Source: Eledone cirrhosa
Lineage: Eukaryota
DNA length: 64,000 nt
NCBI GenBank assembly: GCA_964016885.1
Contig: OZ024752.1
Span: 29,450,001 to 29,514,000 of the forward strand
Direction of reading: 5' to 3'
Under the pieces are notes generated by a model that was not told where the DNA came from, did no database searches, and saw nothing but the letters and a program-made list of their open reading frames with translations. Shown in pieces: positions 41,207 to 55,205 of the stretch (positions are counted from its first letter, which is position 1; every line of letters begins with the position of its first letter). The translations under genes and the position numbers were made by a program.

Positions 41207-41851
41207 CTAAAAAACAAACAAAAACAAAACAAAAGAAATGAAATGAAAAACATAACGATAAATTGAAATCTAAAATATAATATTATTGAAAGTGTTAATA
41301 AATAAACTGAATAATTCATATTTTTAATCATTAAGTTATATTTCAGTCATTATTTAACCCTTTAGCATTTAAACCGGTCAAATCCAGCCAGAATTCTCCC
41401 ACCTCTTTCTATTTAAAATGGCTGTAACTTGCCACTCATACTGATGTTAAGGTATTGCTCTCAAAATAAATAATATCAACATCTCATAGATTCAATATTT
41501 TGGGACATAAATATGTGAGGTAAAGCCATTACCATGAAAATACAATAGTATATAAAGAGTAATGTAAATGCAGTTGGATGCCCTTCCTTTCACCAACCAT
41601 GTTACATTGTGAACTGGGTACTTTTTATCATACAGATAAAATATTCTAGGGATAATAACTATTTGGCTTATCTTTATTAAATATGTATATTAAGGAAAAT
41701 AAGAGAAAACAATTTCTATTTACAGACAAGTTTGTTAAAATATACAGTGTTTGTTATTTTAGTAATAAAAATCAAATTTTATCTGTTAAAGAGATTTTCA
41801 CTGAAGGTTCAATACACTAGAGAAACCAATTAAACAGAAAGTTTTGCAAAC

Positions 41852-41917
41852 CTGAATAGCACTGATTAAATGTAAACGGTATGTCTGCACAATTTCTTGA
41901 TTGCGTTTCTCTGAATC
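41852..41917 (-). CDS. Penultimate exon of the UACA/RAI14/ANKRD24-family gene
   Basis: ctttctag|DSEKRNQEIVQTYRLHLISAIQ|gtttgc; 66 nt, phase 0-0; matches the family motif HQEVIAIYRTHLLSAAQ. Confidence 0.88.
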
Positions 41918-42607
41918 CTAGAAAGAAAGTAAAATAAATACATAAATATATAAATAAATACATATATAAATAAAGAAATAAAGAAATAAAGGAAACATAT
42001 AAGGTGAGATATTATCAATTGGCAATCTTTAGTTTTATATTTTTAGTACTATTAACACTAACTGAAATGTTTATAGCTGAAGGTTTAAAAAACGGCTTTG
42101 CTCTATAGGTAGAGATAAGATAATAAGATAAAGTATGGAATTCCTCTCTCCAGAAAGCAAAGGACCTTAAGGAAGAAAATAACTGAAAAGAAGAGAAATG
42201 TTCCAGTAAAACAAGTGTGTATTTTGATAGCTTGACATATTTAGGATTATCTGAAAATAGTTGAGGGTGTATAAGCAAGTTGCTCTCTATTTTTAGAATT
42301 AGAAAAGTCTCTTTCTCTTTTTTTTCTGCTTTTAGTTGAATCAAAAAATATTTATATACATTTAAGAATTGTGATGACTGATAAGGTATGTGATAGCTGA
42401 GCGGATTAAAGTGTTGAATTAATGACTTCAAGCTAATAATTTTCAAGTTTTTCTTTCTCCAAATCATTAAGTTGAAAAATTAGCTAATACAGCAGTTTTT
42501 TGATTATGTTAATGACATTAGCAAGAGCATCCAGCAGCAACAGAAGCAGCAGCAGCAGCAGTGAAACATATATTCTATGAATACATAGAAAGGTTTCTTA
42601 ATGTAGA

Positions 42608-43400
42608 TGTACAAAGGTGGGCTGGAACGTTCATAGGCTGACTATGAAGGACTGATGCTAGAGCTGCGAAATTTTGTATGCATTCATTTCAACTTTTCTT
42701 ATTAATAACTGCACTGTTTCTTTCCAGAGACTACGTTGAAAAATAAACCTCATTTGGTCATTCCATGAGAGTATCTTGGTCAGCTTATGAAGGAGTGATG
42801 TTAGTGCTGTGAAATCTTGCATGCATTAATTTGCCTTTCATCTTTAGGGGGTTGATAAAATAAAGCACCAATAATTTACTGGGGTAATTGCTGGCCTTGT
42901 GCCAAAAGTAAAAACAATTGATTTCAACTCTTATTATTAATAACTGCATTGGCGGTGGATTGGCAGTATTGGAAGAGGGTCGGGCGCTATGCTTTGAAGC
43001 ATAGAGTTACCTCCCTTTATGATCTGAGTTCAAATCCCGCCGAGGTTAACTTTGCCTTTCATCCTTACGGGGTCGATAAAATAAAGTACCAGTAATGCAC
43101 TGGGATAATTGCTGGCCTTGTACCAAAAGTAGAAACAATTATTAATAACTGCATTAATAACTACTAGGGCGATGGATTGGCAGTATCGGTAGAGGGTCTG
43201 ACGCCATGCTTTGCCACATAGAGTTACGGCCCTTTATGGTCTGAGTTCAAATCCCGCCAAGGTTAACTTTGCCTTTCATCCTTACGGGGTCGATAAAATA
43301 AAGTACCAGTAATGCACTGGGATAATTGCTGGCCTTGTGCCAAAAGTAGAAACAATTATTAATAACTGCATTGTTTCTTTCCAGGGACTATGTTGTTGAA
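42608..43400. mobile_element. Mariner-type MITE fragments interrupted by SINEs; related pieces at 5955-6090, 48960-49068 and 63958-64000
   Basis: Shared GCTGAAAAGTTCATAGGCTGAC terminus and GTGATGCTAGAGCTGTGAAATCTTGCATGC body. Confidence 0.6.
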
Positions 43401-44314
43401 AAATTAACTTCATTTGGTCATTTGCCTCAAAACACCGTCTAAAAACCTATTGCCTCAAAACACCGTCTAAAAACACATTGCCTCAAAACATACCGTCTAA
43501 TACCAAAACTGGGAATATTTGTTAACATTAGGTTGTGAAGTTGGTATAAATGCCAGAGTGTTGGGACAAAATGTTTGGCAGTACTTAGATTTTGGCTTTC
43601 TACAATCTGAATTCAAATATTTGTTAACGTGGGGGTTGTGAAATTAGAATAAATGGCAGTGTTGGGACAAAATGTTTGGCAGTACTTAGATTTTGGCTTT
43701 CTACAATCTGAATTCAAATATCTTTGGAGGTCAACTTTTCAAAGGTTGTTTCAAATGAGTCTCTTATTTCTTTGCCAAAAAATTGGTATTTTGTTTGGAA
43801 TGAGGTCAACAGTAGGGGACTGATATTTGTTCAGATGAAAGAATGATGTGAAAAAAAATGTTCAAATCAAAACATATAATTTAAGTTTGGCTTACTAGCT
43901 CTATACAGACATTTAAATTGATTAAATAAATAAATAAACCCAACACTTACCACTAGGGTACGTGCCTCCACATTTTCATTCTTATGAGGTCAATAAAATA
44001 AAGCCCCAGTAACACACTGAAGTCGATTTAATCAACTTTTCCCTCCCCCAAAATTGTTGGCCTTGTGTACCTAAATTAGAAACCATTATTATATAAAATT
44101 ATTACATCTTCCCCCATATAAAGATATAAATCTAGTAACATATAATATTTCTAGAACAATACCTCAACAGTCTGGCATTTTTAAGTGTAGGTATCTTTAC
44201 TAAAACACAGTCACTGCATTTGCTATTTAACTATTCCAGAGCACTAGTAGGGACACAGCCTAAGAGGTGGCATGATGGCAGTGGCCAGCAAATCTTACTC
44301 TCCTTTTATGTACA

Positions 44315-45465
44315 ACTAGCAGCAGGACCCGGCATTGCATGGGGTAGGAAATGTGAAATAGCAACACGCATATGCAAAGATTGAGGAATGTGGCTGTGTA
44401 CTTTTTGAATTCCCTTATTCTCAGGGACTGATTGTTCATCTACTGGAAATGTACAACACCAACAGACGAATCCAGTAGTAGCGGTGTCAGTGGGCTGATT
44501 GCAGAAATCCTGTATGCAAAAGGAGTAAGTGTTGTGGGGCGATGTATGTTGTAAGTCTGTTCCCGAATTACATCACGGATGGGGAACACACGTCAGTCTG
44601 AAGGAGCGACATAGTCAATTGTGTGAAAACCAAGTAGGGATGTATGTTTAAGTAGGGATATTAAGATGACAAAATCAGCGTGGCAATGCAGCTGCAGCAG
44701 AAGGGGGTCATAATGCAATTAGCACAAACGCTGGGTGGCACTGGTTGCACTATGTTTACACAGTAACAAAGGTGGGACAAAAGGGGTCACCACAGAATTA
44801 GCACAACCCTACTGTTTGGCGTACTTGCACAGGGCGTTCATACTGTGTAGGTGCAACAAAAGGGGTCTTAGTAGAAGTAGCACAGACATGAGTTTTACAG
44901 TGACAATAACACGGCAATGTACACAGGGCCTGGATTTGTGCGTGATGAAAGCACAAAGCATCAACAGGGCACCGACAAAAATTTTAAGGTCCTCCTTATT
45001 TCCTCAATCCCCCAAAAATGGTTCTGCTTAAAAGTAAGTAAGTGTTGTGTCCTCTGTTAAATAAACCAAATTTTTAACGAAATATTATACGCTACTTACG
45101 ATGTTTAAGTGGCGTTTATATTGAAAATGAAAATGGCATGTAATGCCCAATGTTAATTCGTAAATTTCCTAGAAACCATTAATGGAATCGGAAATCTTTG
45201 TCCACAGCAATGCGAGGGGACTAACTAATGTGTGCTGCAAATTTTGAGGAAATTGGCTGGATTTTCTTTAAGTTACACCCCAAAAAAGCATAAAAATGCC
45301 TAAAAAATGCAGCTTTTCACCTAATGCGGGCTCTAGGGCACTTCAAGAAATATAAGTACTGCATGTGTAAAGTTTGAAAAAAATCGGTCAGGTACTTCTT
45401 GAGTTTTAGGGATTTACACACACAGACACACACACAGACATCCTCTGTTTTATATATATATAGAT
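44315..45465 (+). mobile_element. Non-autonomous Helitron/Helentron-associated (HINE/DINE-like) element
   Basis: 5' ACTAGC..GACCCGGCATTGCATGGG; 3' AAGTTTGAAAAAAATCGG..(CA/GACA)n..TTTTATATATATATAGAT. Confidence 0.6.
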
Positions 45466-45604
45466 GACAAATATGCATGGGAGGCCGGCATATATTTCTT
45501 TCAAAGTCAGATGTCACCAGCTTATATTCTGAATGCCTCAAAGTAAGTGAGTGTAGGTGCCATTAAGGCGCTTTTGTTGTTTGGATGAAAGCGTCCATGT
45601 TTCA

Positions 45605-45800
45605 CTAGTGCTCTGGAAACCACAAGCAGTCACTAATAACAGGGGGCGCAAGCTCTCCTATCCCGATGTCATCTCCAAAGATTCTGGTATTGAAATCCAG
45701 GACTTGGCAACGGCAATGAACGACAGACCCGCGTGGAGATCAATTGTTGAGTCGATTTCGGCTGAGGTTGCCGGATGATGATGATGTTGATGATGATTTA
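45605..45800 (+). mobile_element. RTE/RTEX-like LINE 3' end
   Basis: LWKP...RGRKLSYPDVISKDSG...AMNDRPAWRSIV then (GAT)n. Confidence 0.7.
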
Positions 45801-46734
45801 ACTATCATGTGTGCGCTCAGAACATTAAGATGCAGTTTCATACTGCAACCTTATTGATTCAATGAGTGAGTCATGGTCGGAGATCTCAGTAATAACATCA
45901 GTGACTTTCGTAAACCCTGTATAAAACAATATATTCAAATGTAGCCATCTCTTGCTGAAGGCTATAGACACTTAAATATCAATGATTCTTATATATTGTT
46001 TATTTGTGCTTGTGATGGTGTCTCTTCCTAAAATATACTTACACTCCATGAAAACAGTTGCGGGTACTTTTGAATTTTTCCCACTGATCAATCATTACCC
46101 AGGCCCTAAATACCCCAGAAATCGATGGAGTTTGCTGTAAAATTCATATTCTGACTAATTTTTCACCTTCAGTTTTAGGCACATCATGTAAAATCAGAGG
46201 CTGTGTAAAATTTTTTTAACAAGTTTCATTAGTACCCTCAATACTGTTGCAGATTATTAAAATATTTATTCTATAACATTATTTTTTTTTATAGGAAATT
46301 ACATCCAGTACATACTAAATATATTATCTGCATCAAAATCAACCTTATTCTTCTTTAGCCTTTTGATCTCTCCAAGAGCTCATCTCAAAGTTGATAAGGT
46401 TAGAAAAAGATGTTTCTGTGAACACAGGCAACCCATGCCAGTAAAGAAAACATATTCATTAAGATACTCTTATGTAGGAGAGTTGTGCAGTGAGTTTGGT
46501 TGTTTATGTGAATATGTTTGTGTATGTGTGAGAGAGAGATATGGTGATAGAGAGAGAGATACAGTGAGGGAGAGGGAGAGAGAGAGAGAGAGATATGGTG
46601 AGAGAGAGAGATACAGTGTGAGAGAGAGATGATGAGAGACAGAGAGAAATATGGTGAGAGAGGTATATATGGAGAGAATATGGATATATATATAGAGAGA
46701 GAGAGATAGAGATATGGTTAGAGAGAGAGAGAGA

Positions 46735-46806
<72 letters not shown>

Positions 46807-49377
46807 TGGTGAGATAGAGATATAGTGAGTGAGAGATAATGATGAGAGAGAGATGGTGGGAGAAAAAATTAACCTTATTAAAGTTTTCATACCTGCCTCT
46901 CTCTGTATTGAATGTGTATATGACATTTTCTTTAACTCTTCAAACTCAGTTAATTCTTAAGTTATCTTTGACTTTTGACTGTTGTGGCTACCATCTCCCA
47001 AATGACTTGCAATATTTCAGGACTAATTTTAATTTTTACTCTCTACATTTCCTTCCCAATCAGTGTTACATTTCTGGAAGTGTATACAAATTAAAGATTC
47101 CTTTTTATGAAGTAACTAATATTCCTTAGCTAGTGTACTGCCTCCAGCTTTATAACCAGCACTAAATTAGGTTCTTGTCAGCATTCATTTAACTCTGCTG
47201 TGATACCAAGAAGAAACAACTTATAGCAAGCAATACAGAAAATGTGTCTTAACTCACACATACCCCATCACATCATATATATTGAAAAAAATTGGTATAG
47301 CAAAGTATATTTTATATATATATATATATAATGGAAGAAATGTGGTAAGGAACCAGGTGGACCATAACGCACCAAAGTACTCAATACTTAGGGTAGTAGA
47401 GTGGGTAATAGGAACGAGTAGGACCCCGACGGCTGAGCTTTGAATCATATAAAGGGCTTAACCATTCAGCCACATCCGGCCAGAAATCTCTCACCATTTT
47501 CTATTCAAACCAGCTGTAACCGGCTGCTCTTACTGATGTTAAGGTATTGTTCTCAAAATAAATACTATTGAAATCTCATAGATTCAATATGTGAGATAAT
47601 TATGTGTAATAAATCCATTACCATGAAAATACAACAGTAAATATAGAGTAATGTGAATGCTAAAGGGTTAAAAAACACACACACACACACATGTATATAT
47701 ATATATATATATGGTCTGGAGAGGGATGGGCTCTGCCAAGCTTAAAATGCCCAAGAAACGCTGTATGTGAATATGCCACCCCTCAACTCTATCAGGAGTT
47801 ACAGGACCATACAATATATATATATATATATATATTTTTTTCATTTTTCATTTTTTTTACGTCCGCTTTTTCCCTGCTTCCAAGGGTGGGACGGGAACTG
47901 ATTCTGGCTTGATTTCTACAGCTGGATGCCCTTCCTAACACCAACCTCATTTACAGTGAGTGCTGGGTGCTTTTTTTGCCGTGGCACCTCCACGACCACT
48001 TTACAGTGGAATGATAGGGTCCCCAGTCCCTATCATCTCATTTCTACAGCTGAGTAAACTGGAGCAATGTGAAATAAAGTGTCTTGCTCAAGGAAACATC
48101 ACATCACCCAGTCTGAGAATTGAACTCACAACCTTTCGATTGCAAGTCCCAATGCTCTAACCACTAAGCCATGTGCCTCCAAATATATATATATCGTTTC
48201 TGAATTTGTTTAGCTGAAAACGTGAGGCAGTAAACATAAATGAACTCCAACCAAAATTAAATAGAAAACATGAATGGAATAGCAACATCACAACTTACAA
48301 TTAAGGACAAAATGAAAACACACACACATAGAACAAACAACCAACTAGTAACATGTAAATAAACAAATAAAAACACACAGTCACCCGGATGTAACACATG
48401 CGCAAACTAGGCACACAACACACACAAAAACAAGATGGTGTAGGACAGAACAAAGCAGAGGCACAAAACAAAGAATAGAATCCCCAGTCACTGAAGAAAG
48501 AACTTTGACAATATATGAACAACCGTCCGGTTGTGGAACCAACCAACCAACCGGAAATTTATACATTTTTTAAATTTATAATTTAATTTATAATAAATTG
48601 AAGTGAAACAACTGGTGCGTGTGTTTCTTATTGGCTACATGACCCTCCAAAGTATAACAATATATATATATATATAAATATATATTTATTAAAATAACAG
48701 ATTAAAGTTTAAGCAAAGAATCGCTGCTTTCACCCTTAACGGGATCTTCTGAGTTTCAGAAGATCCCGTTAAGGGTGAAAGCAGCGATTCTTTGCTTAAA
48801 CTTTAATCTGTTATTTTAATAAATATTTGCTCTTCGGTTCTTATATATTTGATATATATTTTCCTTATCGAGCCCTCTTTGGATTTTAGTCTTCAATTTT
48901 ATTATTATTACTATATAAATATATATATATATTGTTGTAGAATAAAACTTGAAAGAGATATGAAGGTCAGCTGAAAAGTTCATAGGCTGACTATGAAGGA
49001 GTGATGCTAGAGCTATGAAATCTTGCATGCATTACTTTTAACTTTTCTTTTCAGCTGAGCCTCGTATACCTCAAGACTTTATAAAAATTTGTATTAAAGA
49101 TTTTTTTAATGCTTTTCAAATTTACACTAATTTGCAAATTATCAAATTGCGTTAATTAATATTAGTTTCCTACATAATTATAGACTGTTTCTTCTTGTTA
49201 TTACATTAAATGAAACTGAAGAGATTTTTACATGATAATATAAATTCAAAATTGCACAGTCAGTGCTTAACTCCTGTGATTCTGGTGAGAACTTGTAATA
49301 TATCTTGTAATAGATCTTCAAGTATTATTGCACAGAAACACTATATATATGCTTTAAATATATAACTATACTTTAGT

Positions 49378-49446
<69 letters not shown>

Positions 49447-49547
49447 TTATTAAAATAACATTTTATTTTAATAAATATTTGCTCTACGGTTCTTATATAT
49501 TTATCCTTATCGAGCCCTCTTTGGATTTTAGTCTTCAAATTTATTAT

Positions 49548-49578
<31 letters not shown>

Positions 49579-49708
49579 CAAAAGTTTTATTTAAAATTGT
49601 TGGGTTACAACAAGTAAATATTTTATAACCGATATAAAGCACTCGACAAGTTTTTGGAGTAGATATACGATAGTAAACAAATGGAAACTATATTTATAAA
49701 ACCATATT

Positions 49709-49774
49709 TATTTCATTATACATATTTCAGGGATACCATATTAAAAATATGGCATGCCTTCGTCAGATAAAATA
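49709..49774 (-). ncRNA. Minimal hammerhead ribozyme, family A (left arm of palindrome)
   Basis: Reverse complement of 49904-49969. Confidence 0.82.
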
Positions 49775-49903
49775 CAATATATAAACTGTTTTATAAATAA
49801 TTTTGACGTACCATAAATATAAGCGACCAAGCCAGCTTCCTACCTTAATGGTCGCTTATATTTATGGTACGTCAAAATTATTTATAAAACAGTTTATATA
49901 TTG

Positions 49904-49969
49904 TATTTTATCTGACGAAGGCATGCCATATTTTTAATATGGTATCCCTGAAATATGTATAATGAAATA
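49904..49969 (+). ncRNA. Minimal hammerhead ribozyme, family A (right arm of palindrome)
   Basis: TATTTTAT-CTGACGA-AGGCATGCCATATT..AATATGGTATCCCT-GAAAT-ATGT-ATA|ATGAAATA. Confidence 0.82.
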
Positions 49970-50009
49970 AATATGGTTTTATAAATATAGTTTCCATTTG
50001 TTTACTATC

Positions 50010-50085
<76 letters not shown>

Positions 50086-50096
50086 GTGTGTATATA

Positions 50097-50162
<66 letters not shown>

Positions 50163-50196
50163 CGTGTATATGTATATATATGTATATATGTGTGTG

Positions 50197-50228
<32 letters not shown>

Positions 50229-50370
50229 TTATTCGGGTTTGAGGTTCGCCACTGTATAGAGCTGGTCTATTCCGTATGGTCAATTGTAATGCAATAATAT
50301 AGAGAGTACTCGGGTCCTCGATTTTCAGCCCCATGGATTTTATCTATTACATTCACGTATTATATTTCGA

Positions 50371-50428
50371 ATACCTGATGATATCACCGGATTCATACGG
50401 AACCCGGTCATTGAAATGATCATAGTAT
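50371..50428 (+). ncRNA. Minimal hammerhead ribozyme, family D
   Basis: ATAC-CTGATGA-TATCACCGG..CCGGTCATT-GAAAT-GATC-ATA|GTAT; palindromic stem III ATGATCAT. Confidence 0.72.
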
Positions 50429-50762
50429 AATAAACTTTTCAAGGATTTACACAAATCCAGCCTCCTGTCATTTCATTATAATATATATATATATATTATA
50501 TAAAACTATACTTTGGTATTTTCTTTCTCTCTCTCTTTCTATCATCATCATTGTTTAATGTTCATTTTCCATGCTAGCATGGGTAGGATGTACTGTCCTG
50601 TTGTGTGAGACAACCTGGTCAGGAGACCGTGTTTTTCTCACACAGAACTGACTTTGGCTTGGTTTCTATGGGTGCTGGATGCTCTAAGTAATGCCAACCA
50701 GATTTACAGTATAGTTTTATATATTATACGAAACTATACTTTGGCATCCCCACTCTATTTGG

Positions 50763-50818
<56 letters not shown>

Positions 50819-51060
50819 GTGTGTGTGTGTATATATATATATATGTGGAGGCACATGGCTTAGTGGTTAGAGCATTGGGCTTGCAATTGAAAGGTTGTGA
50901 GTTCACTTCTCAAACCAGGTGATGTGTTGTTTCCTTGAGCAAGACACTTACATTGCTCCAGTTTACTCAGCTGTAGAAATAAGATGCAAAATTCTCGTCC
51001 CACCCTTGCAAGCAGGGAAAAAGCGGACGTAAAATGAAATGATGATGATGATGATGATGA

Positions 51061-51118
<58 letters not shown>

Positions 51119-51414
51119 CATATATATACACACACATATATATATATATATATATAGATATATAGATATATCTATATATAGTTAAAGGCATCTAGCTGGT
51201 ATTTGGGAGATATGGGGTTCAATTCATCATAGCAGCTAATGGTAACTTCTTTTTCCATCTTTATGGGTCTTCACTCTATTTTATAGTATTTTATAGTATT
51301 TTATAGTGCACGAGCGCATCATTCTTTATATATATATATTAGGTATTAGGAGAATTACGGGCATGTATGCTGAAATATATATTTCCTTTTAAATAGTATA
51401 AAATAGTTACTTAC

Positions 51415-52461
51415 TATTATCTGTTGCTGAAGTTTTGATGTAAGAATCTGCAATAATTCAATTTGTTTTTCCTTCTGTTCCTTCACAGAACTTTGGTCAG
51501 AAGATGTTAGCTGACTATTGCCATCATTATTATTATTTCTGAGAGATATTTCATCTGGTTGGCAAGAAGATAATAATGTAATCTCTTCTTGGAGATTAGT
51601 GTCCATGTGAATGTCATTAATATTGTTGATATCAAGGCCACTAGATGTCTCTACTGAACAATTGTCTTCGCTTTTCTGGGAATCTTTAACTGAGCTGTTT
51701 TGCTTTTCATGCAACAATATAGTATAATCTTTCTCTAACAAACTATAAGCCCCAATTGCTGAATTTAAGCGCCGCTTCAGGTTGCTGTTTTCATCAAATG
51801 CTTTTTCAAGATCTTCAATAGCATTTTTTTTCACCATTAATAATCTTTCATGCTCATCTCTCAATATCTGCAATTCATTCAAAATTATACTTTGGTCTGA
51901 GGTATCAGAACCCTTTATGGCACCCTCCAATAATTCTGGTTCCTTGATTTCATCTGTTTTTGTATCAATGTCCGAATTTTCATTTTGCTCCTCCCAGCTC
52001 TCACCATCAGAACTAATATTTTCAGGCACTTCTTCAATAACATTCTTTGTTTCCAAAACAGATATTTTATTTTGGGTAACTCCTTGATAGTTAGTTAACT
52101 TTTCAAGGATACCTTGTATTCTATCACGTTCTTCATGAAGTTTTTCATAATCCTCTTGCAATATATCTCCAGCATGAACTAATTCTTTGTGTTCTTTTTG
52201 CAAACACAGATAATCTTGTTTGAGTTCTTTGAGTTCTTGTGCAAGTAACTCATTTTGATCTTGCATTAGCGACAACTGATTTTCTCTGTCTTTTTCACTG
52301 TCAACATTCTCTTCAGACTTTTCCTTCATAAATTGATTGTAAACTTTATTTAATTGAGCAGATAGCTCTTCAACTTGTAAGTGCAAATATTTATTTTTCG
52401 CTAGTAAATCATTAACTTTATCATCAGAAGCAAAATCAGCTTGGGTGAATGAATCTTGACG
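51415..52461 (-). CDS. Large coiled-coil exon (349 codons) of the UACA/RAI14/ANKRD24-family gene; upstream exons not located
   Basis: Acceptor ctttcataatcag| at 52462/52461, donor |gtaagt at 51414; phase 0-0; E/K/Q/L heptad-rich; its end QIELLQILTSKLQQQII joins in frame to the 41917 exon. Confidence 0.88.
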
Positions 52462-54733
52462 CTGATTATGAAAGAAAAAAAAAAGCAAATAATTAACATT
52501 TTTCACAATTAATAATTATTTTCTCTCTTTAGAAGAAAGAACCCACCCACCCCCACAAAAAAAAAAAACACTCACACTTCTATAAATTAAAAATGGGGAA
52601 ATGATTATTCTCTATTTCATTAATAATGGAAATATTAAACAGTAAGACATTTTATATATATTTTAACATTTACAAAATAATTTCTAATGTGGTGAAGACT
52701 TTAGCCAGAAAGAAAACAATTATTTTTAAATAGCTTTTAAAGTAATGCTGCAGAAAACTAAGAAAACAAAATGGCTGTGTTTCCTCCATGCTACAATTTT
52801 ACAACAGTTTGTATAGTATATCATTTTACTGCTCATCTTTGAGATAGGGGTGATCACTTTTTAATTGGAGCTGCATAAAATTATCAAATTTTAACAATTG
52901 AAACATTCTTTAATCTAGCAGTTATTTCATCTTAGTACAGCCCAGACTGAGCATATCAAAAGTGTTCCAAATACTGTTTATTTCCAGACATAGCATCTAG
53001 GACTACATTATCTAATGTGACCTTTTTTCCAGACATAGTATCTAGGACTACATTATCTATGCAAATATTATAAATATGGCATACATTATATAATGTGGCC
53101 CTTTTTCCTGACATAGCATCTAGGACTACATTATCTATGCAAATATTATAAATATGGCATATATCTACAAACAAGATGAATAGTATGGTATTCTGTATAT
53201 TATGTTCATTATTTTATGTGGCATGTAATATTATATATGAAAGAATACAACCTTATTTATGCAATGTTCTATATATTTTACAATCAGGTTTTGACATGCT
53301 GTGTTTACAGTCTATATTAACGATATCATGAGAGAGGTGCAGAAGTACTCCTATATGATATGACATATACCATTAGCAAGATAATAAAAAAAGGGGTTGA
53401 AATGGTTCAGTTATGTAACAAGAAGACCACCCAATAAAATAGCACTGGTGTTTTACCTAGACTTCCCCAAAACCTAGACCATATGGTAGAACGTCTCTCA
53501 TATCTGTTAAGACACAAGGTTACTGCTTGTAAAAGCATCTGGTAAAGCATCTGGCAGAAAAGGATATGGTTCTGATGACAGAAGAGAAAGAGGGTCCAGA
53601 AAGAACTAAATGATTAAAGTAAAGATGTAAGTACAGAAATAAAAATCCAATTTGAAGTGTATAAATATTTAAAAGAATAAATATACAATTTTAGCTTCAC
53701 TGTGACAAACACAAGTAATTGTGTGTTGTGTTCTTGAGCAAAACACTTCATTTCACATTGCTCCAGTATAATCAGCTGAAAATGAGTACCAGCAGTAGCT
53801 GGGGATTTAAAGCTGCAATCGGCTGGTGTCCTGTCTAGGGAGGGGAGTCTTGTATTTTCAGTCACTTCATGCCACGTAAACCGAGATAAACAACAGCTTC
53901 ATGAGCTTCCAGGCTTGCAACAGACTTTAGTGACAAATACACCACAGATTTTATCTCTCTATAGGCAGAAAAATGGGATCAACTTGATCTGATTAGTCTT
54001 TAGTCTTCTAAGGCCTGCATCAGAGAAAGATGGAGACCTTAGAATACCCATCTTTTGTGTTAGTGCATCATCATTTAATCACTATAGAACTCTCCTCTAG
54101 TACAGACTATTATATATGGTATAATAGTGTCTCATTGAAAGGTATGTTACTAATATAAAACAATTTTAGATGGTATTTTTCTTAATTTTCGAAAGAACTC
54201 TGGGAAACTATATTTATATCTATATTTTTAATTGTTGGTCAATCAATAATAAACATTAATTGCCAGCTGAATTAATTATAAAATATAAAAAAAATATACT
54301 GAAGCGAAAACCAACCCAAACCAAACAGTGAGTGTGTTTTACTATATTTTTCTGGTAATATTATAACAACATGACCCTCCGCAACACACAATTTCATATC
54401 AAAAACCTTGCAAAACAAATACATCGCCGTGTTCTTAATTAATTATGATAAAACGGTTAAAACAAAATTTCACCTCAATTTAGCATTATTGAATGTGACA
54501 TTTAGATAAATGTTCCAAATAGAATATTTGACAAGTCTTCGAAGTGACACACAATCAAATATAAAACAAAACAATTAAAGAAATATAATTACTTATCAAA
54601 TAAAAAGGTTATTCATTTGATAGACATACGGTTGTACCATGATAACATCATGGGACTTCTATAGTAAAACTATAAAATATTTGTCATCAATTGCAAATGT
54701 ACAAACTTGTAAAGCTGGATGTATGTGCACACA

Positions 54734-54787
<54 letters not shown>

Positions 54788-55205
54788 CGTTATTCCGGGT
54801 TGAATCGGAGGTAACCACAGTAAGTAAGGTACTCAATACATTGCAGAGTATAAAAGTTTTAATATAGATGAGATTCTACAGGACTAGAACTGTTTCATTC
54901 TTGATGATTTCTAAAGAATGAAACAGTTCTAGTCCTGTAGAATCTCATCTATATTAAAACTTATATATATATATATATATATACTTGTGTGCACTTAAGC
55001 GCACAAGTTGGATAAGTAGGTTGGGGCTGAAGTCAGGTCTATAACACAAATATGGATCCTGAGCCATCCATCTGTGAAATGTTTGTAACTGAGCCTAACC
55101 AACAAAAACCTCAATGTGAATCCTCATTTTGTTCTTTATATATATATATATATAATTGAATTTGGCCGGAGTATCGCTAATAAGCTTTCTCCGATATTGT
55201 ATTTA

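Noticed and set aside
48488-48620. CTGAAGA..GAAAC pair
   Set aside because: No stem I or stem II complementarity
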